Below, piece by piece: positions 37,270-51,370 of a DNA stretch of 64,000 nt. The notes under the pieces were generated by a model. The model saw only the letters and a program-made list of their open reading frames with translations, was not told where the DNA came from and made no database searches. Positions within the stretch are counted from its first letter, which is position 1; each line of letters begins with the position of its first letter. This DNA comes from Chiloscyllium plagiosum (lineage: Eukaryota), in NCBI RefSeq assembly GCF_004010195.1, contig NC_057718.1, positions 55,901,862 through 55,965,861 of the forward strand. Direction: 5' to 3'. The position numbers were made by a program, and so were the translations under genes.

Positions 37270-39335
37270 TTGCAACAGTTAAGTTGCTTAGCAACATTAA
37301 AATCAGAACCAAGATAAATGTCTGCTTAAATGGTCTTTTCAGTGCTAATGGAGGTCAATATTGGCACAGTTGTATCAGCGATCGCAGTTTTTAATAAAAA
37401 TTCACTCTGGACTCCTCCTTGCTCTTTGCACAAGAGCACAGCTAAGCTGAGAACCTATACCAGGAAACCTTGACAGATTCAGGATACAATTTCAGTTCCG
37501 GTCTCTTATGAACAGAGAATGATTCTGTTACAATCAAAGGCTCAGGCCCAAGAACAAAATTGGTTGAGAGAGATTCACCTGGATTGGCTCAACATTTTTC
37601 CAATTAGAAAATGGTTGACTGGGTGAAGTCCAAATTAAATACCAGGAAGTCTTCCAGGAAGGTCGAGGGAATGTCAAAGGAGCCAAAATGACTTGTAAGC
37701 AATTCCATGATTCAGCAAGGTCTGTCCAGCACCATTTGCCTTACAGGCAAAAGTAGAGGCAGAAATCAGAAGCTGGCAAATGAAGAAATCAAACCAGTTC
37801 AATTCGTGTACCAATTTTGAAGCCCAATGGGTGTTTGTGGGAGATTTTAAACAAACAATAAATCATTTTTCACTGCTGATTAATTACCCAATCCCTCAGA
37901 TAGAGGATTTATACCCAAAAGATGGCAGCGGTGGGGGCTGATCTCCACGAAGGTGGAGATGAGCCACACTTAGTTGCAGAAGAACACTCCAATTAATACC
38001 CATAAGGGCTTGTGCTAATAGATGAGATTAAGGAACACTTTAGAGAACCTGGACGTAGTCCAAAAAGGTCTTTTTCGGAGGCAGGCATATGGCTAAGAAA
38101 GGAAAATGAGTGTTCCTGAACCTGCAAGTGACCTGCTTAGGCTACAGAGTTGACAAGACTAGGGTACACCTGTTAAAAAAAAAAGTAGTGACAGTGATCA
38201 AGGGTGCCCCAGATTACCATGTCTGTCCAGGAGCTTTGTTTATTTCTTGGGCTGCTAAATTATGGAAAAATCATACATAACCTGGCATTTGCGTGTCAAC
38301 CCCTAAAATGGAGTTAGTCTCATCAACCAGCTCTGGCTTTCATTGAAATAAAGAAGTAGTTGTCATCCTATAAAAAGTGTTGACACACTGTGATCCCAAG
38401 AAAGATGTGTTATTGATGCGAGATTCCTTACTGCATGGCTTTGGGCTGGTATTCACATATAGGTGGCTCAATGGAGAGGAATGGCTAATAGCTTATGCAT
38501 CCAGGGCTTTGACTAAATGCAGAGCACAATAATGCCCAGATAGTAAACGAAGGATTAGTGGTCATATTTGGAGTCAAGAAATTCCACAAATATCTTTATG
38601 AATGGAAATGTGTGTTAATCATGGACACAAACTCCTACTTAAAGAGAATAAGGCCAGTACCACCCATATTTTCAGGCCACATTCAGTGATGGACTCTAAT
38701 ACTAAGTGCTTATAACTAAAAGTTAGAACACTGTCTGGGAGCCAGAGTAGTGATACAAAGTCAATGGTGCCCCCAATGGAAGATTCTGTAACGATATTAA
38801 ATTTTCTGGACACTGTCTTAGTCACAGCTAACAATAACAAAATCCAGCCTTTTCCAAACTGAAACTGGTATTTATGGGGAAAACCAAAGTGCTGTCCCAA
38901 CTAGATCTGAAACCTTTTTGGACCCGGAGAGACCAGCTTACTGTAGAGGATGGCGTATTGTTAGGGGGAAATCAAGAGTGATTATCCCAAGCAAAGGTTG
39001 CTGTCACATACTGGCTGAAATCCACCAGGGCCATCTAGGAGTCTCCAAAATGAAGATTGTTAAGTCTGGTGGCCAGGCTTGGATATACATAGCTATGTTG
39101 GTGGGATAGTGTCCAGAGTGCCAACAGCAGCTCCACCACATCCATGGAAATAGCCAGATAAATGGGACAAAGTTGCATGTCGATTATGCAAGTCCTTTCA
39201 TGGGTTCAATGTTCATAATAATTATAGATGCCCACTCAAAGTGGTTGGACCTACATAGGGTCCATTTATCAAAAACCGGGACAACCATAGAAAAACTGCA
39301 CGCGTCTTTTGTAACACATGGAGGCCCAGAAATTT

Positions 39336-40600
39336 TTTTGATTTCATTTAATTTATTACTAGCACGTATCTAGGTACACTGAAAAGATTTTTTTGCATGC
39401 AGTACAGGCAGATCATACCATAAAAAGTGCATAATAGTAATAGAACAGCGCAAAAAATGTTATGACTGCAGAGAAGGTGCACAAAGAGCAAGATCAACAC
39501 TAAACTCAAAATCTCAGAGGTCCATTCAGAAGTCTAATAAGTGGAAAAAGCTTTTCTTCAATCAGTTGATGTGCGTTAAAGCTTTGTATCTTCTGCCCCA
39601 TGGAAGAGATTATAACCAAGGGAAGGAAGGCAACCTTGCGGGGCGCCAGTGTTGAGGGTTATCATGGAGGTATTGTTCCCTATTCTCACTGATTGTGGTC
39701 TGTGGTTCAGGAAGTTGAGGATCCAGTTGCAGTGGTTGAAAGAAACCACTGGGAGTTTGAAGATTAGTTTGGTTGGAATTATGGTGAAGCTGTAGTCAAT
39801 AAGTAGGAGCCTGACAGAGGTATCCTTGTTATCCAGATGTTCCAGGAATGAGTATAGGGAGATGGCATGCGCCGTTGACCTATTGTGACAATAGATGAAT
39901 TGCAAGGAATCAAAACATGCTGGGAGGCTAGAATTGATATAAGCCGTGACTAATTTCTCAAAGCACTTCATGGTTAAGTCAGAGCTACCAGGCGGTTGTC
40001 ATTGAAGCACAAGTCTTTTTTGGCACTGGAATGATGGTGGTATTCTTGAAGCAAGTGAGGACCTCACACAATAGTAAGGAGAGGTTAAAGATGTCATAAA
40101 ATACTCCCACTAACTGGTGTACGCAGGATCTGAATGCACAGCTAGAGACTCAATCTGGGTCAGTCACTTTCTGTAGGTTCACTGTCAAGAAGGTTGATCT
40201 GACATCTGCAGTGGTGACTGCAGGAACAGGTACATCAGAGGCTGTTGGGGCAGGTGACATTGTTTCACTAACTTGCTTTTCAAAACAAGCATAAAATGCA
40301 TTGAGAGCATCAAGGAGGAATGAATATTTGTCTGCTGTTATGTTTTGCTTCACTCTGTAGCCCATTATTTCATGTAGGCCTTTCCACAAATGGCAGGTGT
40401 CCATGTGGTTAGTTTGGGTCTCTAGCTTAGTCCAGTATTGTTCTCTTGGTGTCTCTACTGGCCTTACACAGTAATCACTTCTGGATTTCCTGTAAAGGCC
40501 AGTATCGTTTGACTTGAATGCCACACACCTGGACTTCAGTTGGCAATGGATCTCTGTTGTGCTGCCTCAGACCAGCACTGTGCTTCTAACCATCACTGAT
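39336..40600 (-). mobile_element. Rex1/Babar LINE remnant
   Basis: ORF 39576..39971 has MKCFEKLV, LLLIDYS and NTGAPQGC. Confidence 0.85.
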
Positions 40601-43600
40601 TGTAGTAACAGGTTCGTGCCCAAGTCTATTGCAACAGAATTGGTTGAGGAAAGTTAATCTTTATTGGTTTAACATTTTTCAATTGGAAAATGGCTGCCTA
40701 ATTAAATATACAGAAGTTTTTCAGGAAGGGCTAGAGACTAACAAAGGGCCAAGGCTAGTTTACATGTTGACCAAAAGGAAATTTTGCAAGGCCTGCCCAG
40801 TGCCATTTTCCTTATGGACAAAAATAGAGGCAGAAAACAAGAGGCTGGAAAGCAAAGGAATCATCAAACCAGAGCAAATTACGGAATGGGCAGCACTGAT
40901 CATATTGATTGTGAAACCTGATGTTTCGGTTCGCCTGTGTGGGGATTTTGAGTAAACAATAGGCCACTTCTTGCAGCTGGATAAATATCCAATCCCTCTT
41001 GTAGAGGACTTGTATGCAAAAAACTGATGAAGGGGCTGTCCTTCACAAAGCTGGGCATAAGCCATGCATCCCCACAAGAGCTACTAAATAAGGAGTTCCA
41101 GAAGTATAACACAATTATGCCCATAAAGAGTTTATACAAGTATACAAGGCTGCCAATTAGGATATCAGCCTGCACCCTTTGAGTGGATGATTGAGAACAT
41201 TTTGCAAGATTTACCCCAGGTTGCCATTTTTCTGGATGACATGCTAATAATCAGACGAACCAATAAAGAGCACTTTGAGAACTTGGATTTGGTGCTTAAA
41301 ATGTTTCTCCCAGGTGGGCATACACATGAGAAGGTAAAAATGTGTGTTCCAGGTATTCCAGATAACCTACTTTGGTTACAGAGCCGACAAAAGCAGGTTA
41401 GACCTGTTGGAAGATAGAGCAATCAAAAGTGCTCTGGCTCCCAGGTCTGTATTGGAGTTTAGTTTTTCCTGGGTTGGTGAATTATTAAGGGAAATTCCGA
41501 TGTAACATGACATTCATTATAGCACTCCTATATCTGCTATTCATGAAGAGTCAGCCTTAGAAATGGTTATGTAGACAAGTAACTTTTAGTTATCTGAGGT
41601 GTTGTCTCACTATGATCCTAAGCGACATGCAATGCCTCCCCACATGGTATGGAGCCCGGTGTGCTTCCCAGACTTTGGTCTGTGCCAAATGCAAATATGC
41701 CCAGGTAGAGAAAGACAACTTGGGAGTCATCTTTGGTATGAGAAAGTTCCAGCAATACTTTTGTACATGTACATTTGTCATATTAACAAACCACAAGTAC
41801 CTGCTGGAACTATGTAAAGATGTCAAGGCTATACCGACCATAGCTTCTAGTTGAATTCAGTGGTGGACCATTATTCTCAGTGCATACAACAAGTTGGAAC
41901 ACTGTCCAGGAGCCATGTGGTAAATGTGGATGCCTTGAGCTGCCTCCCACCAGAAGAGTCAGTTATGGTTTTTAACTTCCTGGACATCCTTCCGGTCACT
42001 ACTGACAGCATGGACACAAAAACATCCCATCCTGTTAAAATTAAAACAGCTGGTGGTTGCAAGGGAAACAGATGCCCCATCAGAACCAGGACCAAAAACA
42101 CAGGATGGCATATTATGGGGAGCAAAAATGATTGTCACCGCCAGATACTGGCTGAACTCCACCAGGGTTATCAAAGGGTTTCCAAAATGAAATTGTTGGC
42201 AAGGAATTATGTCTGGTGGCCAGAATTGGATAGCGACATAGCTGTATTGGCGTGGCAGTGCCCAGAGTGCCAACAAGGACAAAGCTTACTGCCAGCAGCA
42301 TGCCCACATTCGTGAGAATGGCCAGTTAAACCCTGTACTTGGTTATGCATCTACTGTGCCAGTCCTTTCATTGGCTCAATGTTCCTGGTCATTGTGGATT
42401 ACTAAAGTGATTGGACATGCATAGAGTTCATTTGGCAAACTCAGGTGTGACGCTTGAAAAGCTGTGAGGATTGTTTGCAATGCATGGACTCCCAGAAGTA
42501 TTGGTCATAGGCAACGGAATGTCATTTACCAGCAGGCAATTCGAGTATTTCCTAAAGTCAAACAGCATTCACAATGTTTGGAAAGCTCTATACCAACCAT
42601 CCTCCAATGCTCTGGTGGAAAGAGCAGTCCAAATGTTGAAAGCTGGTTTAAAGAAGAAACAGCCTTGTCCTGGTTCCTGTTTGATTGAGGACTCCCCTCA
42701 CACAACTACAAGGATAGCTCCAGCAGAGTTGCTGATGGGGAGAAGATTCCGCACCAGGTTAAATCTAATATTCTTGGGCCTAGTGGAGGGGTAAAGGGTG
42801 AAATAACAGCAGGAATGCAGGTGCTGCCTGCATGCCTCCTCTAGGCAAGAGAGACATTTGACTTCAGGGGATGAGGTTTGGTGCCAGAATCGCAAAGAAA
42901 CCTCAGTATGAGATGAATGCAGACTCAATAGTAGGTCTAACATACGATGAACGGCTGAGGATCTTGGGATTGTATTCATTAGAGTTTACAAGTTTGAGGG
43001 GAGATCTAATAGAAGCTTACAAGATAATGCACAACTTAGAAAAGGGTGGTCACTGGGAAGTTGTTTCCATTAGGCAGGGGGACTAGGACCCGTGGGCACC
43101 ACCTTAGAATTAGAGGGGGTCAACTTAGAATGGAAATGAGGAGACATTCCTTCAGCCGGAGAGTGGTGAACCTGTGGAATTCATTGCCACAGAGTGCAGT
43201 GGAGACTGGGACATTAAATGTCTTCAAGAATTTAATCAAGCTCTGCCTTGATCTCGCAAGAAATTAAGGGCTGGGGAGAGTGCAGGTAAGTAGAGTTGAA
43301 ATGCCCATCAGCCATGATTAAATAGCGGAATGGATTCAATGGGCAAATGGCCTTACTTCCACTCCTATGTCTTAAGGTCTTAATACTGTTATCATTGGGG
43401 AAAACAAAAAGGAGAAAACTCTCCCAAGGCACTCTGGGCACAAAGGACAGGCTACGAACCAGTACCCCACCACCTATGTTTGCGTCTGAGTTAGAGGAAC
43501 TGGACCTGGAGCAAAAATGTCCCAGGAGAAGTTACAACAGAAAGAACAGGCCTACATTCTCTGAGTTAGATTCAGAAGGTCTTCTCAGTCTAGGGACTGG

Positions 43601-43690
43601 TTTTGAGCTGGCTGGTCAGAGCCCATGTATTGTCCGCATGTAATAAAGAGTGACTTGGTGACAGGATACCTGCCTCTGCAGTTATTTCAC
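40600..43690 (+). mobile_element. Second degenerate Gypsy pol region with nested CR1 3' end (about 42915-43385) and partial LTR (about 43590-43690)
   Basis: KPDVSVRLCGDF, FLDDML, YAQVEKD.L.VIFG, ELHQGYQRVSKMK.LARNYVWWP and HGLPEV motifs. Confidence 0.85.
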
Positions 43691-43741
43691 TCTCCAACAA
43701 AAAAGGACCAGTCTATGTCCATGGACACAGAATGGGAAGGA

Positions 43742-43979
43742 TGTGGTGATTGTAACAAGGTCAGCTAGCTGGACCTCATAGGATATGATTTCCCTGATTT
43801 GGGCTGTTAATCTGGTCGAATCAGGGAGACTTGGCTGATGTACAATAAGTGTGAGTATCAAAGATACTGACATTCTTGAGCCGGACTCTGTACGAGACTG
43901 TACTATAGTCAAAGACTATTAGTGTGCAAAGAAAGGGTGACTTGGTGATGCGGATACCAGCTGCTGTAAAACTATTTCA
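43742..43979 (+). mobile_element. Gypsy LTR (TG...CA) after a purine-rich PPT-like tract
   Basis: gaatgggaagga|tgtggtgattgtaac...gggtgacttggtga...tatttca. The 3' part is similar to 43640-43690 and to the reverse complement of 63897-64000. Confidence 0.7.
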
Positions 43980-44205
43980 GTCATCATCCTGCCTGTCCTT
44001 AACCCTTCCATTTGTTTCAACACCTGCGTTCATAATGTGGTAATCATGAAGTTACTTATTCTTTGTCTCCATGAAGTGTTCCATTGGTTCCACAATAGCT
44101 GAAGGAAATACTGCTTCCCTATAAGCTTTTTCAAAGCTTCAAATTTAACATGTCCCTCTGAGGATCAATCACATATGAAACATTCTAGCAATTTAAACAC
44201 TAATA

Positions 44206-44519
44206 TTAGATGACTTACAGTGTGGAAACAGGCCCTTCGGCCCAACAAGTCCACACCGACCCTCCGAAGAGCAACCCACCCAGACCCATTCCCCTACATT
44301 TACCCCTTCACCTAACACTGCGGGCAATTTAGCATGGCCAATTCACCTAACCTGCACATTTTTGGACTGTGGGAGAAAACTAGAGCACCCAGAGGAAACT
44401 CACGCAGACACAGGGAGAATGTGCAAACTCCACACAGACAGTTGCCTGAGGCGGGAATTGAACCCAGGTATCTGGCGCTGTGAGGCAGCAGTGCTAACCA
44501 CTATGCCACCGTGCCACCC
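44206..44519 (-). mobile_element. HE1-type tRNA SINE (well preserved)
   Basis: Reverse complement of the 49008-49335 family. Confidence 0.92.
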
Positions 44520-45484
44520 AGTTGGGAATAATTACTTAACTTTAAGGACTATGAAAAAAATTACAAGATATGGAGCAGTTTAGACATTTCTGGATTGCAC
44601 GTGTTTACCATGTGAATTTATCAAGGAATAACGATAAGCCGTTTGGTTACTGATGCCTGAACCTTTGCAATTTTTCTTAGTGTCACCTGGTTACTAATGA
44701 CTACAGCTTTGTAAATCAACAAATTTATGCATGCTGTAAGCTAACTGCTGTTTAAAAGAAAATTTGTTGACTTTAGAGCAAAGGGAAGCAAACTCAAGGA
44801 GATAAAAGATTGGTTTTTCAGTATTTAAGGGCCTTAAACTCATGGTTGCCTAGCACCCCTTTCTGGAATGGTTTCCTATTTTATAGACTAATGAATTCAT
44901 TAAAGAAGATACCCCAGAAGCTGCAAGTCTCTCTCATTTTATCAGTAGAAGTTCCTGGGAACTTGAAGTTTCCTAAAGTAATATTTCTAACAACTTTGCA
45001 TATCACGAAAAACTGGACTGTGACCACTTTCCAAAGAATTGGATTCAAGTTAATTACAACCAGAATTGGAATAAGTTGTTATCAGAAGACGCAGTGGACC
45101 ATGAGAAGCCATTACATTCTATCCTTTGTTTTCAAATCCTTGGTTCAGTTTTCTTTTTCCTTTGGCCCTTGTTAAAAGTAGCATCTGTACAGGGACTGTT
45201 TTCTTTTTGTGTTATGTGAGGATTCATGGGATATTATTCCAGTTCTGGATTATCGTTTAGATATTAATCATTGTTGGTTTATAATTACTAAAATTGAGTT
45301 CATTAAAGAAGCCTGATGAACATTTCTTTTATGCTGAACAATAGTACAAAAGAAAAGTAATTAGCTATTTTGGTGATTGGATTAAACATTTATACTGATG
45401 ATGCAACTGTTAGAGGGGTTTGATTTTCTGTGCACTCCTTCCATTACGGTTGCAACAATACTGGTCTAAATTCAATTATATCTA

Positions 45485-46400
45485 GTTGCAGGGTCCCAAA
45501 GTAGAAGATGGGCATTCTTCCTCTAGGCATCAGGTGGTTAGGATTTGGTGATCGAGGCAACCTAGGACCTAAATGTCCTTGGTGGAGTGGGAGGGGTGGT
45601 TGAATTGTTCAGTCACAGGGTGGTGGGGTTGGTTTGTGCGGGTGTCCTGTGCCCACACCTCCCCTCTCACCTGATCCATGGCGCCCCCACCAGCCCTCAC
45701 CTCACTCCTAGCACCTTCCCCTGCCACCGCAGGAAGTGCAAAACCTGTGCCCACACCTCCTCCCTCACCTCCATCCAAGGGCCCAAAGGATCCTTCCACA
45801 TCCGACAGAAATTTACCTACACCTCCATTAATGTCATCTGCTGTATCATTTGCACCCAATGTGGTCTCCTCTATATCGGGGAGACAAGATGCCAACTTGC
45901 AGATCGTTTCAGAGAATATCTCTAGGACACCCGCACCTATCAACCCCACTGACCCGTGGGGAAACAATTCAATTCCCCCTTCCACTCCAGTAAGGACATG
46001 CAGGTCCTGAGCCTCCTCCATCGCCAAACCCTAACCACCCGACACCTGGAGGAAGAACACATCTTCTGCCTTGGGACCCTGCAACCACATGGGATATGGA
46101 TTTCACTATATTTCTCGTTTCCCCTCCCCCCACATTATCCCAGTCCCAAGCCTCCAACTCAGCACCGCCCTCTTGACCTGTCCATCATCTTTCCCATCTA
46201 CCCACCCCACCCTCGTCTCTGACCCATCCCCATCTACCTATTTCATTCTCAGCCTCCTTCCCCACCCTCTCCCATTTATCTCTCAGCCCCCGGCCCACAA
46301 TTCTCATTCCTGATGAAGGGCTTATGCCTGAAACGTCGATTCTCCTGCTCCTCAGATGCTGCCTGACCTGCTGTGCTTTTCGAGCACCACACTCTCGACA
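45485..46400 (+). mobile_element. Neptune-type PLE 3' fragment (C-rich Zn motif plus GIY-YIG) with inverted 5' piece and terminal hammerhead
   Basis: ORF 45587..45925 has PCHRRKCKTC...NVICCIICTQCGLLYIGETR..LADRFRE. Confidence 0.85.
46306..46341 (+). ncRNA. Minimal type I hammerhead motif (family A), core intact
   Basis: CTGATGA-a-GGGC-ttat-GCCT-GAAA-CGTC; predicted cleavage after GUC at 46337. Confidence 0.75.
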
Positions 46401-47178
46401 CCACTAATACCCAGTCAATCTCATCTCTGTTACATTATCCAAACGCTGTTTGCCTCTGAATCTTTGCGGCTGCTATAGTATTAAGTGACCCTAACTTGAA
46501 TCTCCACCCCAATCCCAACTCTATCTCCTACCTGATTACACTTTTCCACCCCTCCACCTTGATCCTGATCTGACCCACTTCCCTCTTTGACAACACTACT
46601 TGCCCGGTGCTGACCCCTGTTCCCTTCCCTCTCACCTCATCTCTCAGACTAGGTCCAACCTGACTCCCACTCAGTCTCAGCCCCAATCTGGACTCCCTTC
46701 TCTTCTTGGGTCTTGATTGCAAATCCTCCGCCAGATTATGACCCCTTCTTGGACTCCTTCCAGCATCTATACTGAGTACCCTAGCAACCGCTGTGCTGCC
46801 TGGCTCCAACTTGCCCCATTCAGCTCTTTCTCACCCCACACATCGTACAGACTTAACTCTCCTCTTAGCACCAGTCAAAACCCAATTCCTGCTTGACCCC
46901 CTCCCAAACTCACCTAAGCCCCATCACTACTTCCTCCTCCCAATTTTAAAATTATTGAAATAGCTTTGCATGTAAAAGAGGCTTTTAGACTTTGTGAAAA
47001 GTGGGCTTGGCTTCTGTCCAGATTCTTTTTGACTCCGTCTGCCCCAACAATGAATCATGGTTTCATCATAACATGGCTTCACTTTCTGAAACTCCAGTGT
47101 TCATATTATAACAGATTTCCACTGTGTGTAATTTTTAAGTGTGGTGTTTTTGAAATTAAATTCATGTTTTTCTTTCAG

Positions 47179-47308
47179 GAAATTGCCTTAGAACATGTGT
47201 TTGGATACAGAGGCTTTGACTGCCGCAACAACCTTCATTATCTCAATGATGGGACTGATATTGTTTTTCACACAGCTGCTGCTGGCATTGTTCAGAACCT
47301 GTCATCAG
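47179..47308 (+). CDS. EML6: EML6-like coding exon (130 nt), HELP motif: EIALEHVFGYRGFDCRNNLHYLNDGTDIVFHTAAAGIVQNLSS(G)
   Basis: tttttctttcag acceptor and CAG|gtaata donor. VFGYRGxDCRNNL is the EMAP HELP signature; lies inside ORF 46966..47319. Confidence 0.95.
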
Positions 47309-47957
47309 GTAATAAGTAAATGACTTTTCAATTCAGGCAAAAAAGATAGAATTCTGAACATCAAGCAACAATTATGCTATTTTATTTCTGCCTTCAAGTG
47401 AATTCATATATAAATATTAACTTCATTCCATAACCCCTAGTTCCTATGCCAAACATAAATCCAATAATCTCGGTTTTTAAAATTTCCAATTGACAGTCTC
47501 AATAGCATTTTGGGGAGAGTTCCAGGTTTTTACACGAAGTCCAGAGAAGTCCCTCCTGAAATCAACCCGAACAGCTTAGCTCTAAGTCTAGGGTTATGTC
47601 CTTTTGCTCTGAACTTGTATCAGAGGAAATAGTTCCTATCCAGCCTCTTTAGTAGCTTAAACACTCAATTAGGTCCCCTTATCTTCTATATTAGAGGGAA
47701 TACAAGTTGTTTGGTCCTTAGATTGATTGCATTGTGCTGGTAGCCATCAATCATTTTGGCAAAAATGGTTTTATAGGATAAAACCAATCTCCTCTGTGCA
47801 GATAATGGATAGTTTTTTTAAAAACTTATGTTAATCTGTTTAAATATCAAAGCATTTGTGTAAATTAAAACGTGTGAATGTACAATAGGAAATTTATATC
47901 GTCTTGTTTCAGTATGCATATGTCTTATTTTGTATTGTATCTGTTCTGTTTAAATGA

Positions 47958-48134
<177 letters not shown>

Positions 48135-49007
48135 TAGTATTTGTATAGTTAAAAATCACAACACCAGGTTATAGCCCAAAAGGTTTAATTGGAAGCACTA
48201 GCATAGTATTTATATGTTAGCTTAAAATTAAACCACAAATCAATTATAGTATAACAATCCAAACATTAACATTAGGGCATTTGATATTATATATATTTGT
48301 AAGTTATTGACAAATCTAGATAAAAGAACAAGATATACAGTGGAGGATAACACCAAGATTTACAAAAGTAGGGAAGAATAAAAGAAAAAAAAAATCAAGT
48401 CGTCCAGAACTTGAGTCTGTGCCTGTTCACTCACTGTAGCTTCACTAGAAATACAACAACAGGTCTACTTGCAGGATCTCCACCAGATTTGTGGTGAGAT
48501 ACAACAGTTGCCAGGAAATTCAGGGCTATGGTGGTTAAGGATTCCAAACTTGGCTTTTAAAAGTGTTGTTTGAAGAAAAGCAAATACTTCTGTTATTGCT
48601 CAAAATGTCACACTTCAGGTATAAGTGTAAAGGAATCATTCTCTCACCAGGATACAAAATACAGAACGTGTATAGCTATTTAACTATCTTTTGCACAAAA
48701 CAAACCACTAGTTATTCAACAATAATTAGACTCTGTAGCCTTAAGGGGTAAATCTAAAGCAAGAAATATTAATGATTTGCCTTGTATATTGCTTATAAAG
48801 CAATATACATGGTTGTGTTACTGTGAGCAACACCAAATAAAATTTACTTCTAACAAAATGAAAATAGAGAATTTTTCTTCCATCATATTTCAAACAGTGG
48901 TCGTTTGTATTGGCAGATTTCAGTGTTACTTTTCCATATAATTATTAAAAATGGCACATTCCTAACATTGCAACAGATCAGTGTTCAATGAGCAATACTT
49001 ATATGAA

Positions 49008-49335
49008 GGGCAGCACGGTGGCACAGTGGTTAGCACTGCTGCCTCACAGCGCCTGAGACCCGGGTTCAATTCCCGCCTCAGGCGACTGACCGTGTGGAGT
49101 TTGCACATTCTCCCCATGTCTGCGTGGGTTTCCTCCGGGTGCTCCGGTTTCCTCCCACAGTCCAAAGATGTGCAGGTCAGGTGAATTGACCATGTTAAAT
49201 TGTCCGTAGTGTTAGGTAATGGGTAAATGTAGGGGTATGGGTGGCTTGCGCTTTGGCGGGTCGGTGTGGACTTGTTGGGCCGAAGGGCCTGTTTCCACAC
49301 TGTAATGTAATCTAATCTAATGTAATCTAAATCTA
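49008..49335 (+). mobile_element. HE1-type tRNA SINE (well preserved)
   Basis: A box ggtggcacagtgg, B box gggttcaattccc, and a (taatc)n tail. Confidence 0.92.
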
Positions 49336-49599
49336 AAGATGAACAAAATAATTCAGTCAAAACTAATCAAAATGCTTTCATCAGTATGAAATAAGAAGCT
49401 TCTGCTGAGTGGTGCAGAAATCTATCAATAAAAGAAAGGTACGGATTGAACTAATGTTTTTTAAAAATGCTGAAACAGTAAAATTCTGCCCTGGGTAAGG
49501 TAGAAAATGGGCAATAGCCAATCAGCCACCATTACCCACCTACCTGATTTTCTTTTCTCTTCATTTGAAAGTAAAGTTACAATGGATATATATATAACA

Positions 49600-50398
49600 C
49601 TGAGCAGATCAGGCAGCATCCAAGGAGCAGGAAAATCAACATTTCAGGCTGGAGCCCTTCATCAGGCATGAGGCTAGGAGCCTCTGGGGTGGAGAGATAA
49701 TTGGGAGGGGGTGGGGCTGGGGAGAAGGTAGCTGAGAGTGCGATAGGTGGATGGAGGTGGGTGTAAAGGTGACAGGTCAGAGAGGAGGGTTAAATGGATA
49801 GGTTGAGAAGGAAGATTGGCAGGTAGGACAGGTCATGAAGATGGTGCTGAGCTGGCAGGTTGGAACTGGGGTAAGGGGGAGGGGAAATGAGGAAACTGGT
49901 GAAGTCCACATTGATGCACTGGGGTTGTAGTGTTCTGAGGCAGAAGATGAGGCATTCTTCCTCCAGGCGTCAGGCAGTGAGGGAGTGGCGGTGGAGGGCG
50001 CCCAGGACCTACATGTCCTCGGCAGAGTGGGAGGGGGAGTTGAAATATTTGGCCACGGGGTGGTGGGGTTGATTGGTGTGGGTGTCCCAGAGATGTTCCT
50101 TAAAGCGCTCTGCGAGAAGGTGTCCAATCTCCCCAATGTAAAGGAGATTGCATCGGGAGCAACGGATACAATAAATAACATTTGTGGAAGTGCAGCTGAA
50201 ACTTTGATGGAATATGGAAGGCTCCTTTAGGGCCTTCGATGGAGGTGAGGGGCGCAGATTTCGCAATTCCTGCAGTTGCAGGGAAAGGTGCCAGGAGGGG
50301 AGGGTGGGTTGTTGGTGCTCCTTGGATGCTGCCTGATCTGCTGTGCTGTTCCAGCACCACTTTAATCTTGACTCTGATTGCAGTCCTCACTTTCGCCT
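49600..50398 (-). mobile_element. Neptune-type PLE 3' fragment
   Basis: ORF 50009..50266 has CTSTNVIYCIRCSRCNLLYIGE...AERFKEH; inverted terminal piece at about 50315-50398. Confidence 0.85.
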
Positions 50399-50932
50399 AT
50401 ATATATAATGCTGAATCATTTTGCTACTCTTCCCCAATAAATGGTGAGTTTTATCCCCAACATCTTTTCAATTATATTGGACCAAATCTTATAGGGGTCT
50501 GAGCAATGTTGACTTTATGGCAAGATTTGTGGCAAAAAATAGATGAGAAGTCCAGCAAGGCTTAATCTCTACATTGAAGTATCTTGTTCCATTTTTTTAA
50601 TGCTCTTGTCAAGCTGCAAGGCAAATTTCTTGCTAGGCAGTGAAGAGTTGCCAATTAAGAATTATTATTGCTTGTTAATTGCCTTGTTAACTTCCCAACT
50701 CACCTGATTTATACTCAGCTTTCTATCTTGCCAAATGCACCAAACAAGTTGGATGTGCCCTGAGATGCTGTTTTGTGCTGAGCAACATATAAGCTATTTG
50801 CAGCCAATGGTGAGCTGGAGTCACCAGGTTTCTGCACTGACTTCCATATTGAGAATTCTTGGCATCTTGTTTGTTTAATAAATTTAGTGAGATTGGAAGG
50901 TATATATGTCAATGAGGCAAAAAATGCAATTA

Positions 50933-51370
50933 CTGTACATACTCGAGTAATAGTCAAATTTTTTGGACTACTTTTTAAGGTTAAATTTATAAAGTCGACT
51001 ATTACATGGATACTACTTTTGAGGGGCTGAAATTCATGCCCATCAAAATTCATACTATATCATTAGCAGAAACTCAACTGATCTCTAAATGAAGAAAGAG
51101 GAAAAAAAAATTGTTAATTCTGAAAACCTGGAGCGGAGCACAACAACCAGCGGACTGCAAGACTGGGAGCAAAGCAGAACAACTGGCAGAATGGAAACTG
51201 GATTGGAACATGATTGCCAGCACATAGACTTAATAAATATTGATCTGTTATCTGTGAAGAACTAGAGTCAACTTTTACAAGAGATAACCTGGAATTTTCC
51301 ATCTATTTGGTAAAAAGTAGAGGATTGACCTTTACATGACATTGACTGACTGTTACTTATGTATATATGG
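50933..51370. mobile_element. Non-autonomous Tc1/pogo-like MITE
   Basis: TA|CTGTACATACTCGAGTAATAGTC ... GACTGTTACTTATGTATATATGG|TA imperfect TIRs with TA flanks. Confidence 0.6.

Larger units (their letters stand above)
35380..39335 (+). mobile_element. Degenerate Gypsy LTR retrotransposon (gag, protease, RT, RNase H, integrase), interrupted by a PLE
   Basis: PKPPLIL and REPGES gag motifs; AEIHQGHLGVSKMK and HVDYASPFMGSMF..IDAHSKW integrase motifs. Confidence 0.8.

Noticed and set aside
49008..49080. tRNA gene
   Set aside because: A/B boxes continue into the HE1 body and tail and recur several times in the window, so this is a SINE head.
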